Part shown: one piece after another, positions 49,030 to 59,633 of the stretch
Position numbering within the stretch: the stretch's first letter is position 1
How the letters are laid out: the number at the start of each line of letters is the position of its first letter
NCBI GenBank assembly: GCA_964633865.1
Contig: CAZWIJ010000001.1
Coordinates: 66,352 to 130,351 of the forward strand
Direction: 5' to 3'
Length of the DNA: 64,000 bases
Origin: an uncultured Candidatus Saccharibacteria bacterium
GTDB taxonomy: Bacteria; Patescibacteriota; Minisyncoccia; SW-4-49-11
Program-made: the position numbers and the translations under genes
The notes under the pieces: generated by a model
What the model saw: only the letters and a program-made list of their open reading frames with translations
Told to the model about the DNA's origin: nothing
The model's database searches: none

Positions 49030-50547
49030 CTAATCCTTATTTCTAATCTTTGGAGTTACCCAAAATCCTAAATATTTACCAAGAAACAACCTTATCTGAG
49101 CTTCTATAGCTGGTAGAGACCCTAAGAATAAAGCTACAATTGGAATTAAAGCCCACTGTAAATACATCATAATATTACGAATAAAAGAATATTTTTTTGG
49201 TTTTGGAGGTAATAGAACTATGTTAATATAAGTGGTAATTATTACTCCTGTTAATGTTATGTTCATAATTGTAGAGACATAAATAGGTAGATTATTAGAA
49301 AGAACACTGTCTTTAAATTCTTTCCCACCAAATATTATAGGTGCCCATACATAAAATGCTAATATAATAGCTGAGGTAGCCCAAGTATAATGACCAATAA
49401 TCATATTAAATATTCTTCTCCATTTTTGGAAAAAAGGAGCTTTTTTATTAATTGCATAAGATCGCATAGTTGTTGCCAAATTTTCTATTCCATATGCCCA
49501 CCTTCTTAATTGTTTATATTGATTTGAAAATGCCACTAAAGGATTTTTATCTTGAACAGCATCTAGAGAAACTGATAAATGGATAGGAACAACTTTATAA
49601 TCTCCATTATAAAAATCTACACATTTCCAATATATTACCGAATCATCTGAAACCATGTTAACAGGCCAATAATTAACCTTTATCAATGTTTTAAACATCA
49701 TTGAGTGTGAAGAAAATGTTACCATTCTGTCAAATCTCACAGATTCCATCATATGCCAAAAACTAGAACTAATAGCAACTACCCTAGCAAAAGCTGGTGC
49801 CTCCCAAATATTATTATGATACATAGGTAAAGGCTGATAACTTGCTTTATAAGGGTTATCTTCTTGCATAACTTTATAAGTAAGTCCTGCAAAATAATTA
49901 GGACTAACAATAGTATCACTATCAAATACTGAAATAATAACTTGATCCTCTTTTATGTCCAAAGATTTTATTTTATCTCTTAATATCTTTGCTCCAAATG
50001 TAGCATTAGCACCTTTTGCTTTCATTTCACCTTCAATACCATCAGGATGATTTGTTACTATAAAATCCTTAAATACTCCTTTAAACCTCTTTAATAAATA
50101 CTTTTCTTTTTCTAATCTAAAATCACCTTCTCTCTCTTCTGTAGCAATCACAACTATCATTTTATCTAAAGGATAATTAGAATTTTTAATAGCATTAATA
50201 CTATCTTCTAGAATTTCTTTTGATTCATCATAAGTTAACAACATAACAGCATGATACCAATAATCAAATTTTTCATTATTTTTTATTTTATCTAACCAAT
50301 TTATTTTCAAATCTTTTTTTAATTCACTATAAGCATATATCAAATGTATACTTAAATAAACTGACTTAAATAACCAATATAAATTATATATTAAAATGAA
50401 AATAGCAACCCAAAATGGAACAAGAAGAGATAATATAATCAATAATATAAATGTACCAATTGTTAGTACAGCTGGAAGCATCTCATAGAACCTTTGAATT
50501 CTAAGATCTTTTTTATCTTTTGTTTTAGGATCTGGGTATGTATACAT
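49030..50547 (-). CDS. Processive family-2 glycosyltransferase (cellulose/chitin-synthase-like) with flanking TM helices
   Basis: DSDT (DxD) and QLRRW (QxxRW) motifs; N- and C-terminal TM helices. Confidence 0.65.
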   Translation of the reverse strand: MYTYPDPKTKDKKDLRIQRFYEMLPAVLTIGTFILLIILSLLVPFWVAIFILIYNLYWLFKSVYLSIHLIYAYSELKKDLKINWLDKIKNNEKFDYWYHAVMLLTYDESKEILEDSINAIKNSNYPLDKMIVVIATEEREGDFRLEKEKYLLKRFKGVFKDFIVTNHPDGIEGEMKAKGANATFGAKILRDKIKSLDIKEDQVIISVFDSDTIVSPNYFAGLTYKVMQEDNPYKASYQPLPMYHNNIWEAPAFARVVAISSSFWHMMESVRFDRMVTFSSHSMMFKTLIKVNYWPVNMVSDDSVIYWKCVDFYNGDYKVVPIHLSVSLDAVQDKNPLVAFSNQYKQLRRWAYGIENLATTMRSYAINKKAPFFQKWRRIFNMIIGHYTWATSAIILAFYVWAPIIFGGKEFKDSVLSNNLPIYVSTIMNITLTGVIITTYINIVLLPPKPKKYSFIRNIMMYLQWALIPIVALFLGSLPAIEAQIRLFLGKYLGFWVTPKIRNKD

Positions 50548-50550
50548 ATA

Positions 50551-50937
50551 TTAAGAATTAATTGTAATAACTATATCTAAATAAAATCTTATAATTAATA
50601 ATATTAGTATATTACTTATAAAAATCCAATTTAAAATAAAGTGTTGAGCTAACTTGTTAGAAAAAACTTTAATCTGAACAATACTAGCAAAAAATAAATT
50701 TACTAAAGAAAATCCAATAGAAATCCAAATATAATTATTTAAATTTGAGGATTCATTTATAATTGTGGTTCCTTGAAACATATTAAATCTCATAGCAATA
50801 ACAGAATTGGGAAATAGATTCTCTATAATATTTTTTGAAGTTAAATATAACCAAAAATTTAAAATAATTACAATAATAAAGTAAATGACAATATATCTTC
50901 TTTTAATAAAATTACTAATATTATTTATATTATTCAT
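50551..50937 (-). CDS. Small polytopic membrane protein, translationally coupled (ATGA overlap) to the upstream ORF
   Basis: 4 predicted TM helices. Confidence 0.4.
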   Translation of the reverse strand: MNNINNISNFIKRRYIVIYFIIVIILNFWLYLTSKNIIENLFPNSVIAMRFNMFQGTTIINESSNLNNYIWISIGFSLVNLFFASIVQIKVFSNKLAQHFILNWIFISNILILLIIRFYLDIVITINS

Positions 50938-51233
50938 AATGAATTAACTTTAATGTTTAATTTATCTACTACATATTTAGGATTATGTATATTATCATTC
51001 ATAATTGCTTTTATGTCAAATTCATAGAGTTTAATTTCTTGTGCCTCTAAATTATGAGTAACTTCTATATTTAATATATTATTGCTAATTGACTTTGCTT
51101 TAGAGAAAGATAGATTTGGAAAATTTTTTCTAATAAGATTATCATACAAAAGACAAATTGATGTACTATTTACTTTCAAACCTATATCAGTTTTATCATT
51201 ATATTTCTTATTAATAATTTTCTTAACCCTCAT
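50934..51233 (-). CDS. Hypothetical protein downstream of xseA; not XseB-like
   Basis: 99-aa ORF overlapping the xseA stop; not the all-helical XseB pattern. Confidence 0.35.
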   Translation of the reverse strand: MRVKKIINKKYNDKTDIGLKVNSTSICLLYDNLIRKNFPNLSFSKAKSISNNILNIEVTHNLEAQEIKLYEFDIKAIMNDNIHNPKYVVDKLNIKVNSL

Positions 51234-52830
51234 ATTTCTCTTTTTTTACAACTTCTGCAAATATCTTACCCCTATATAAATCTACTGATATTGTATCTTT
51301 TATTTTCACTTTGTCAATATCATATAAAATTTTTTTATTTAATCTAGTTAAACTAAATCCTATTTTTAATAATTTAACAGGATTAAAATCTTCTATATAT
51401 TTATTTAAATACCCAACTTTATCTTTATATGAAGAAATTTGATTTGTAATCTTATTATCAATAATATCATATTTAATTTGTAACTGAGATTTATAAGATG
51501 ATATAATTTCTTTAAATATAAATATATTATTTTGGTACTTTCTCAAAATAATATTATAGTCCGTAATAAATCTACTAATAGCTTTTTCCAAGGAAACTTG
51601 TATTACAAATATTTTACTATTGTACTTATCAATATTATATATAACTTTATTATTAACTTGAGAATAAAAATTATCAATCTGCTCTAAAAGAGTAATTTTA
51701 GTTGGTACCAATAATTCTGCTGCATTAGAAGGTGTAGAAGCTCTTAGGTCAGATACATAATCTACAATTGTAAAATCTCTCTCATGTCCAACAGCAACAA
51801 CAATTGGTTTTTTACTTGAAAATATAGCTCTGACTACAGATTCATCATTAAAAGCATGTAAATCATCCATAGATCCCCCACCTCTTGTCAAAACAATAAC
51901 TTCTATTTCTGGATGAGCATTAAGTTGTTCAATGGACTCTATAATTGTTTCTACAGCTTTTTCTCCTTGAACTTGGGAGTGTGAAAAAAATATATCTAAT
52001 CCACCTATTCTTTGATTTAAAACTTTTAGGAAATCTTGATAAGCAGCTGCATCACGAGAAGTAATAAGACCAATTTTTGTAGGAAGATAGGGTAATTTTC
52101 TTTTTCTTGATGTATCAAATAAACCTTCTGATTCTAACTTTTGTTTTAATAATTCAAATGATTTTAATAATTCTCCTTCTCCTGAAATTTGAATAAAAGA
52201 AACATTCAAGCTAAACAATCCTGATTTAGAACTTATTTTAGCATTGCCAGTTAATATAACTTTCATACCATCTACAGGTGAAACTCTAGATTTTCTCAAA
52301 GTGTATATTGTAGTAAAACATCTTATTTTAGCTTGTTTAAATTCATCTTTTAAATCAAAAAATATCCATTGATTTTGTCCAAAATGTGAAATTTGTAGAG
52401 AAGATATTTCTCCTTCAACCTTAAAAATATCTGTATCTATTTTTAAATTTATATCATCTATAAATTTAGATACACTAAATATCTCATCTTTCGTCACATC
52501 TTTTTTAAGATATTTATTAATAAATAAATTTAATTTCTCATCTTTATTTGTTTTTATAAATTCTTTAAAAAAATTCTTAGCTAACTCTTCTTGATCATAA
52601 AGTAGAGTTTTAACAACCTCCTTTTTTACCAAATATGATCTATCATTATATAATAAAGGCACAAGATAATCATAGATTTTATCATAACTAAAGCTTCTAA
52701 GACATTTTACTGCAATTTGTCTAAAAGTAGATTTTTTATGATAGAGAAAAACTTGAACACTATATATAGATTGATCTTTTTTATCTAAAACTAAATTTTC
52801 TAAATATTTTTCTAACTGAATATTTGTCAT
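51223..52830 (-). CDS. xseA: Exodeoxyribonuclease VII large subunit with an extra ~110-aa N-terminal region
   Basis: OB-fold VEGEISSLQISHFGQNQWIFFDLKD; catalytic LPTKIGLITSRDAAAYQDF, LTRGGGSMDDL and VGHERD. Confidence 0.8.
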   Translation of the reverse strand: MTNIQLEKYLENLVLDKKDQSIYSVQVFLYHKKSTFRQIAVKCLRSFSYDKIYDYLVPLLYNDRSYLVKKEVVKTLLYDQEELAKNFFKEFIKTNKDEKLNLFINKYLKKDVTKDEIFSVSKFIDDINLKIDTDIFKVEGEISSLQISHFGQNQWIFFDLKDEFKQAKIRCFTTIYTLRKSRVSPVDGMKVILTGNAKISSKSGLFSLNVSFIQISGEGELLKSFELLKQKLESEGLFDTSRKRKLPYLPTKIGLITSRDAAAYQDFLKVLNQRIGGLDIFFSHSQVQGEKAVETIIESIEQLNAHPEIEVIVLTRGGGSMDDLHAFNDESVVRAIFSSKKPIVVAVGHERDFTIVDYVSDLRASTPSNAAELLVPTKITLLEQIDNFYSQVNNKVIYNIDKYNSKIFVIQVSLEKAISRFITDYNIILRKYQNNIFIFKEIISSYKSQLQIKYDIIDNKITNQISSYKDKVGYLNKYIEDFNPVKLLKIGFSLTRLNKKILYDIDKVKIKDTISVDLYRGKIFAEVVKKEKYEG

Positions 52831-52845
52831 TTTATAATACCATCT

Positions 52846-54228
52846 TTATTGACCTAAACTATCAGTGTTTTCTATATTAACATCGGGTTCTTGTGTATTT
52901 GGTTGATTTAAATTCAAAGCTAACTCTACTTGAGATACAGCATTCATAACTCTATCTGCATACCATGATTGATTGCAACCACCTACATAACACATTGCTG
53001 CTTTTCTTTCTAATTCAATATTTCCATTTATACTTTGATTTCCTACTTTACCAATCAAAATATTACCCATAGCTAGCATAGCATCCTCTATTTTCCAAGG
53101 ATTAACCTGAGAACCTTTTATAGCTTCCAATTTTTTTTCATATCCTAACCATGTTGTAGGCATAACTTGAGCTTGCCCCATAGCACCACCTGTTCCTGAT
53201 TTGTATGAACTACCTTCACGAAAAGGACATCCTGATACTGGCTGAGTAACTGAAAGCCCTAATTTAGCAACAATTGATTCAAAAGCAGCTTCTTCTCTTG
53301 CCACATTAATTTTTGTATTATTCCCTTCTTTTGCTGCACATCCACTCAATGCATCTTTATAAAAAGATCCTCCTGTACTTCGTCCTAGACCAGATTCAAC
53401 TTTCATAACACCAACTAGGAACTCAGGCCTAACTTTATTTTCTAATAAGTTTGCATTAATTTTAGCAAGATTATAAGCTTCTTCTAGAGATAATGCATTA
53501 TCTTTTCCTCCACCTAGTAAATTAATTGTATTTAGGATAGTTTTTCTTTGTTCAAAAGATACTTTAAGTAATTCTTCGTATTTTTTTTGTTCACCTTTAG
53601 TTTGGTCCAACAAAGTTTGCTTATCCAACTTAGCCAACTCTAAAAATTTTTTTTGGTCTTCCTGTAAATCCCTCAATAAAATTAATTCTTCCTCTTTCTG
53701 GAATAAATGATCTTTTTCTAACAATATCTCTTTTTCTTTAATCTCAATTGTTTTTATAGATTCAGTAATAAAATCTTGCATTACTCCAGATTGCTTAATT
53801 GACCCAAGTATTTCTGATAAATTTTTATTTGTAAGAAATATTTGGAATAAATTAATCTCTGGTTGATAATAAAGAGAACTTATATACTCTTTCATCAATA
53901 TTTTTTTAGAATTAACCATCTTTTCTAAATAAGAAATATATTCTTTTGTTTCTTCTAATTCATTTTGAACAGATTGTATAGATGATATAGTCTTAGACAA
54001 TTCAATTTCAGATCCATTAATATCATTATCTAAAAGAGACAGTTCTTCTTCTAAAGTTTTTACTTTTAAGTCAAAAACTGACTTCTCTTCTGTAATATTC
54101 TGAATTTTAATTGTTTCTTTTTTCAAAGAATCTTCTGCTTGCTCTAATTTGGTTTGAGAAAAAGTAGAATCTACATTAATAATTAACATCCATATAAAGA
54201 TAAACTTTATTATTAAATTTTTATTCAT
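52846..54228 (-). CDS. Coiled-coil protein with a C-terminal lytic transglycosylase (SLT-like) domain
   Basis: Signal/TM; ~200 aa of heptad-rich sequence; C-terminal VESGLGRS...GAMGQAQVMPTTW resembles SLT motifs. Confidence 0.55.
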   Translation of the reverse strand: MNKNLIIKFIFIWMLIINVDSTFSQTKLEQAEDSLKKETIKIQNITEEKSVFDLKVKTLEEELSLLDNDINGSEIELSKTISSIQSVQNELEETKEYISYLEKMVNSKKILMKEYISSLYYQPEINLFQIFLTNKNLSEILGSIKQSGVMQDFITESIKTIEIKEKEILLEKDHLFQKEEELILLRDLQEDQKKFLELAKLDKQTLLDQTKGEQKKYEELLKVSFEQRKTILNTINLLGGGKDNALSLEEAYNLAKINANLLENKVRPEFLVGVMKVESGLGRSTGGSFYKDALSGCAAKEGNNTKINVAREEAAFESIVAKLGLSVTQPVSGCPFREGSSYKSGTGGAMGQAQVMPTTWLGYEKKLEAIKGSQVNPWKIEDAMLAMGNILIGKVGNQSINGNIELERKAAMCYVGGCNQSWYADRVMNAVSQVELALNLNQPNTQEPDVNIENTDSLGQ

Positions 54229-54478
54229 TTCTATATTTTATTAATAATATTTAGACTAGATTTTATTTCATATATATAGTATAACTTATATATAGATTTT
54301 ATTCAATATAATTTATTAATTTTATGAAAAATAATCAATTAAAGAAATCACATAGAAAGAACCTATTTAGTAAAAAAAGTATTAAGAAATTTATTATAAA
54401 TTCTTTTGTATTTACAATGATATTTGCAATAGTTTTAAGTTTACTTTTACCTTCTTTTTTTTAGATTATAAATATTTA

Positions 54479-54883
54479 TTATAATTTATTTTTATCAAAG
54501 AAAAAAGCTAACCACTTTTCTCTATTAGTCAGAGATACTTTAATTTCTTCCTGATTGGGATCTTTTAAAACTCTTATTAATTCTTCATCACTCATATTCT
54601 CAACAATACTGGCAGGTGAAAGATTAATTACTATTTCGCCTTTATCTTTAACATCTAATTTTTGTTTAACTTCTTTATTTTTATAATCAGGATCATTAAT
54701 TATTGCTTTTAATTCTTCTAACTTTTGTGATTCTTGGTTTATTTTCTCAATTTGAGATAAAATATTTTGTTTATCTTTAGCCACAGAATAGCTTTTCATA
54801 TAATTTATAAAGGTACTGTATCCTACAAAACCTATTATTACTATTAAGAATAAAATTATTGTAATTTTAATAGCCTTTTTCAT
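54479..54883 (-). CDS. FtsB/DivIC-like septum-formation initiator (TM helix + coiled coil)
   Basis: Bitopic topology with coiled coil ILSQIEKINQESQKLEELKAII. Confidence 0.4.
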   Translation of the reverse strand: MKKAIKITIILFLIVIIGFVGYSTFINYMKSYSVAKDKQNILSQIEKINQESQKLEELKAIINDPDYKNKEVKQKLDVKDKGEIVINLSPASIVENMSDEELIRVLKDPNQEEIKVSLTNREKWLAFFFDKNKL

Positions 54884-54920
54884 TTAATTTATTATTTATA
54901 TTTTATAAAAATATTATATG

Positions 54921-54991
54921 TTGCCGGACTAGGATTCGAACCTAGATTAACAGGACCAAAACCTGCCGTCCTACCATTAGACGATCTGGCA
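54921..54991 (-). tRNA. tRNA-Gln (anticodon UUG)
   Basis: Reverse-complement fold: acceptor TGCCAGA/TCCGGCA (U1-A72, one A.C mismatch at 5-68), D-arm GTCT-AATGGTA-GGAC, anticodon stem GCAGG/CCTGT with loop TTTTGGT, T-arm CTAGG-TTCGAAT-CCTAG, discriminator A. Confidence 0.75.
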
Positions 54992-55053
54992 ATTATTACA
55001 TTTTTAATTATAGCAAAAATTATTACAAAAATCAATTAAATTTTAATAATTTA

Positions 55054-56328
55054 TTAATTAGGACAACTAGCTTTATAATAATTCAATGGATTTAATGTTC
55101 CTGATAAGCTAGGATTACTATTTTGAGTTATTTTAAAAGAATCATAAATTGAAAAGTGTAAATGTGGACCTGTAGAAAATCCTGAATTACCTATCTTTCC
55201 TATTGGTTGTCCTTGACTAACAGATTGGCCAACAGAAACTGAAGCTGATCCAGATAAATGAGCATACATACTGACATGTCCTGAATTATGCTTAACTGCA
55301 ACCCAATTACCCCAACCACCACCACAACTACTATAAGAATTACCACATACTCCACCATATTTGGCTATAACAGTTCCATCTGCAATTGAGAATATTGGAT
55401 TACCTCCTCCTCCTATATCAATTCCATTATGTATTTGTCCCCCATAAAAGCCTGTTTTAGCAAAACTTGTCATACCATAACCTTGAGTACATTTATTAGA
55501 AGTTGTTGGCCAGACAATACTACCCAAAGGACTATTAGCAGAAGCTATTTGCTTTGCTTGAGATTCTAATCTAGCTAATTCAGCATAAAATTTATTCATC
55601 TGATCTCTTAGCTGCTTTTGTTCATTACTTAAATTAGCTAAATTTGCATCCAATTGATTTGTTATTTTTTCAGTAGAAAAAACTTGACTTGAAGTCTTAT
55701 TTTTTTCATTTTCAGCTGATATTCTTTGTTTTTCTAGATCATTTTTTACTGAATCAAGATTAGATTTTTCTACAGCAAATTTAGATTTCTCATTTTCTAA
55801 CCAAGTTTTATGATCTATAGCTTGTTTCATTTTTTCTTCAAATTCAGTCTGAACTTGCTCAGAATAAGTAACTTGAGCAAACATATCTGATATAGAGTTA
55901 ACACTCATAAGATTAAATACTTCATTTTTAAGTAAAGATTGCTTATATACTTCCTGAACCATTTCTCTAATTGTATTTTTTTGATTTTCTAAATTTTGCT
56001 CTAACTCTTCGATAGTCATACTTGTTTTTTGTATAACTTGTTCTTTTTCTTGAATTTGACTTCCAACTTCATTAATTTTATTTTTAATTGCAGATATCTC
56101 AGAGTTCAAAGTAGATATTTCTGATTTTAGTTTATTTAATTCAACTTCTTTAGCTTTCTTATCTTGCTCTGTTTCTGCTTTTTTATTTTCTATTGCACTA
56201 ATTCTATTTTGAATGTCTTGAATCTGAGAATTTTTTTGATCAATATCTTTTTGAGATGCAGCATAAGTGAAAGAAAAACTTAGTAAAAACAAACCTATAA
56301 CCAGAATTATTTTTGTAAATTTTATCAT
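55054..56328 (-). CDS. EnvC-like coiled-coil M23 peptidase
   Basis: Signal peptide; ~250-aa coiled coil; C-terminal M23 motifs HNGIDIGGG, YAHL and GNSGFSTGPHLHF. Confidence 0.7.
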   Translation of the reverse strand: MIKFTKIILVIGLFLLSFSFTYAASQKDIDQKNSQIQDIQNRISAIENKKAETEQDKKAKEVELNKLKSEISTLNSEISAIKNKINEVGSQIQEKEQVIQKTSMTIEELEQNLENQKNTIREMVQEVYKQSLLKNEVFNLMSVNSISDMFAQVTYSEQVQTEFEEKMKQAIDHKTWLENEKSKFAVEKSNLDSVKNDLEKQRISAENEKNKTSSQVFSTEKITNQLDANLANLSNEQKQLRDQMNKFYAELARLESQAKQIASANSPLGSIVWPTTSNKCTQGYGMTSFAKTGFYGGQIHNGIDIGGGGNPIFSIADGTVIAKYGGVCGNSYSSCGGGWGNWVAVKHNSGHVSMYAHLSGSASVSVGQSVSQGQPIGKIGNSGFSTGPHLHFSIYDSFKITQNSNPSLSGTLNPLNYYKASCPN

Positions 56329-56334
56329 AAATAT

Positions 56335-57768
56335 TTATCTAAATTTATTAATTGCTTTATCTATTCTATTGATACTCTCTTTTTTCCCAATAATATTAAT
56401 TATTTCAAAGGGTGATGGGGATTGTGACTTACCTGATAAACAAACCCTCAATGGCCATAAATATTCTCCAAAATTCAAATTATTTTTATTGAGTTCTGAC
56501 TTTATTATATTTTCTATCTCTTCAAATCTACTTTCTTCTGTATTAGTAATTATATTATAACACCATTTTAAATTTTTGACAATTTTTATTTCTTTCATGT
56601 CTTTCCAAATCAAAATATTTTTATCATAATCTATTTCTTTAACTAAAAATTCTAAGCCATTTCCTAAATCACTAAATTTTTTTATTCTATTACATTCCAT
56701 TAAAATTAACTTTTGTAATTTATCCTCTTCTAGGTTAAGTAAATCTTTATTTATAGATTTTTGTAGAAATTCTTTAGCAAATCTAATTTTATCTTGATCA
56801 AGTAATTTTTTAATATATTTTGAATTAATAGAGTCAAGTTTTTCTATATTAAATACAGCTCCACTTTTTTGTACTCTTTTTAAACTAAATTTTTGGATTA
56901 ATTCACTAATCGAATAATCTTCTCTATCATTACCTTCATTCCATCCTAATAATGCAAGGAAATTAATTAAAGCTTCTGGTAAATACCCAGCTTCAATATA
57001 TTCATCAACTGATGTTGCTCCAAATCTTTTTGACATCTTAGATCTATCAGGAGCTAAGATTAAAGGTAAATGAGCATAATTTTTTCTAGAAAAATCAAGA
57101 GCTTTATTAATTAAAATTTGCTTTGGTGTATTAGAGATATGATCTTCACCTCTTATAATATGAGTAATTTGCATTAACTCATCATCAATTACCACTACAA
57201 AATTATATAAAGGCTCCATTAATGATTTAGCTATCACAAAATCACTCAACAGTGATGTATCAAATTCTATCTTTCCTTTGATTTTATCTTCAAACCTTAT
57301 AATTTGATTCTCAACTTTGAATCTTATAACTGATTTTTCATCTGGTGCCAACTTTTCATATCTTGATTTGGGACGAAATACAAGAGTTTCTTTTTTATCT
57401 TTAGCCTCTTGATTTAATTCATCTAACTCTTCTTTTGTAGTATTATCCCAATAAGCTAATCCTCTTTCTAATAAAATTTCTAAATATTGTTTATAAATTT
57501 CTGTTCTTTCACTTTGTCTATAAGGACCATAATCTCCTATTTCTCCTTCTAAAGTAGCTCCTTCATCTGGATTTAGTCCAAGCCAAGCCATTCCTTTTAG
57601 GATATCGTTTTCAGACTCTTTTGTAGATCTAATTTTATCTGTATCTTCTATTCTAATTACAAATTTACCTTCTTGATTTTTAGAATACAAATAATTAAAT
57701 AAAGCTGTTCTAGCTGTTCCTATATGAAATTTTCCCGTTGGTGATGGTGCTATTCTTGTTTTTAGCAT
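56335..57768 (-). CDS. gltX: Glutamyl-tRNA synthetase
   Basis: RIAPSPTGKFHIGTARTALFNY (HIGH) and KMSKR motifs. Confidence 0.85.
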   Translation of the reverse strand: MLKTRIAPSPTGKFHIGTARTALFNYLYSKNQEGKFVIRIEDTDKIRSTKESENDILKGMAWLGLNPDEGATLEGEIGDYGPYRQSERTEIYKQYLEILLERGLAYWDNTTKEELDELNQEAKDKKETLVFRPKSRYEKLAPDEKSVIRFKVENQIIRFEDKIKGKIEFDTSLLSDFVIAKSLMEPLYNFVVVIDDELMQITHIIRGEDHISNTPKQILINKALDFSRKNYAHLPLILAPDRSKMSKRFGATSVDEYIEAGYLPEALINFLALLGWNEGNDREDYSISELIQKFSLKRVQKSGAVFNIEKLDSINSKYIKKLLDQDKIRFAKEFLQKSINKDLLNLEEDKLQKLILMECNRIKKFSDLGNGLEFLVKEIDYDKNILIWKDMKEIKIVKNLKWCYNIITNTEESRFEEIENIIKSELNKNNLNFGEYLWPLRVCLSGKSQSPSPFEIINIIGKKESINRIDKAINKFR

Positions 57769-57924
57769 AAATTTTTTAGAGTTAAAAATATTATTATAAA
57801 TATATACAAAATATAATTTTTATAATAATTAAGTTTATAAAATTATTATACTTTAATTTTATAAATTAGTCTATCTAATCTACTAGATTAGATATATCGA
57901 AGACAAACCAAATTATAATAGAAA

Positions 57925-58716
57925 TTAATTAAGGTTTTTCTTTACATTCTTATCTCTAGTTTCAATCACAAAATTATAAACCCCACTAATAACAGTTAAA
58001 GTTAAAATAACAAACAAACCTACAATCATCGTTGGTAAAAATACCCCTTCCCTTCCTCTATCAATATATATCGGTAGGTTGAAAAAAATATGTGTAGCTA
58101 AAAATGATGCCGAAATATAAGAGATAAAATAATCATTTATTGATAGTGACTTAGAATATAATTTAACTCTTTCTACTAAAGTTACAGTGTATATCATAAA
58201 TACAGCTAAAATAGCTAGTATAAATATCACAAACATTATAAATGTTGGGTCATTGCTAATATTATTTTGTATTAAACCTTCAGGATTATTAACTCTATGA
58301 TAAAAAATCTTTAAAGCTTCCATATCAAACACTATCAATATAAAATAGCTAGAAATTATTAAGGTTATATTTTGCATTAAAGTTAACTTGGATGATGGAT
58401 TTTTTAATAAAGAAAAATCATCTGAAGGAAGAAATTTTGAAAATGTAGGAAAATATTTAGATGGTTCTTTTTTTGTGGGTTGACCCTGCTCTCTTAATTC
58501 TATATTAGTCTGTCTTGTGTATACAATAAGCATAATAATTCCTACTGTTAATATAACTCCTGTCAATATCATCTCAACATCTTTAATTGGAGTTAAATAA
58601 TATACAATAAAAATAAGTAAAGATATTATTACATATATTATTCCAATATTTACAATTAATTTTCTTTTTTGTAAAGAATCATTTATTTTAATGTCTTCAT
58701 TAGTTATTTTATTCAT
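57925..58716 (-). CDS. Hypothetical polytopic membrane protein
   Basis: ~6 TM helices; no recognisable motifs. Confidence 0.4.
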   Translation of the reverse strand: MNKITNEDIKINDSLQKRKLIVNIGIIYVIISLLIFIVYYLTPIKDVEMILTGVILTVGIIMLIVYTRQTNIELREQGQPTKKEPSKYFPTFSKFLPSDDFSLLKNPSSKLTLMQNITLIISSYFILIVFDMEALKIFYHRVNNPEGLIQNNISNDPTFIMFVIFILAILAVFMIYTVTLVERVKLYSKSLSINDYFISYISASFLATHIFFNLPIYIDRGREGVFLPTMIVGLFVILTLTVISGVYNFVIETRDKNVKKNLN

Positions 58717-58896
58717 ATAATTTTATTATTTGATAATTTATTTAATAATTAGTTTAAAACATTTTATATTGTTTCAATAATAATATTATATCATATTATT
58801 GAAATGTCATACATAATATTTTTAGAATTACTAGATTTTTGTTTATGATTATAGTACAATTATTAAATATCCTTATTAAATTTAATCAACCAAAAC

Positions 58897-59628
58897 ATGA
58901 CATACGGTATATTATTTGCTGGAGGTAAGGGATCTAGACTAAGTCCTATCACAGACTCTATTCCAAAACCATTAGTTAAAATAAAAAACAAAACTTTATT
59001 AGAAAGAAATCTAGATAATATCTATGATATTGTGGATGAATATATTATTGTAATATCTTATCTTGGAGAAAAGATTATAAATAGTATCGGAGATTTTTAT
59101 AAAGAAAAACCTGTAACATTTGTTTTTCAAAAAAATCCCAAAGGAGGAACTCTAGATGCTCTTAGATCTGGATTATCTAAGGTGGAAAGTGGTGATCATA
59201 ATTTTTTAGTTATGAATAGCGATGATATTCATGGTCAATATCTATTTGAAAATATGCTAACTCACATAAAAAATACACCTAATAGTCCAGCGATAGGAGC
59301 TCATATATATCCTATCAAAGAAAGATTAAATCAGTTTGGGATAGTAAAAAAAACTATTGAAAACTTATTTGATGGATTGATAGAAAAGCCTCAAGAATAT
59401 GTCTCAGATTTAGTAAATATTGGAGTTTATTACTTACCTAGCTTTATTCTTTCATTAATAGATCCATATAAAGAAAATTTATCTGATAAAGAAGAGTATA
59501 TTACAGATTTTATAAATTTGATAAATGAAACCCATAATATAAATGTAATAGAATCTCCTGATATATGGATACCGATATCTTATCCAAAAGATATTGATGA
59601 TGCTAATAAAAACGAGAATATAATTTAA
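58897..59628 (+). CDS. Sugar-phosphate nucleotidyltransferase (NTP_transferase family)
   Basis: GILFAGGKGSRLSPITDSIPKPLV N-terminal signature. Confidence 0.65.
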   Translation: MTYGILFAGGKGSRLSPITDSIPKPLVKIKNKTLLERNLDNIYDIVDEYIIVISYLGEKIINSIGDFYKEKPVTFVFQKNPKGGTLDALRSGLSKVESGDHNFLVMNSDDIHGQYLFENMLTHIKNTPNSPAIGAHIYPIKERLNQFGIVKKTIENLFDGLIEKPQEYVSDLVNIGVYYLPSFILSLIDPYKENLSDKEEYITDFINLINETHNINVIESPDIWIPISYPKDIDDANKNENII

Positions 59629-59633
59629 TAGTC

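Noticed and set aside
54323-54463. 46-aa plus-strand ORF (MKNNQLKKSHRKNLFSKKSIKKF...) in the 250-bp spacer
   Set aside because: It has a plausible hydrophobic tail but no start-context or conservation evidence, and it sits on the opposite strand to all neighbours.
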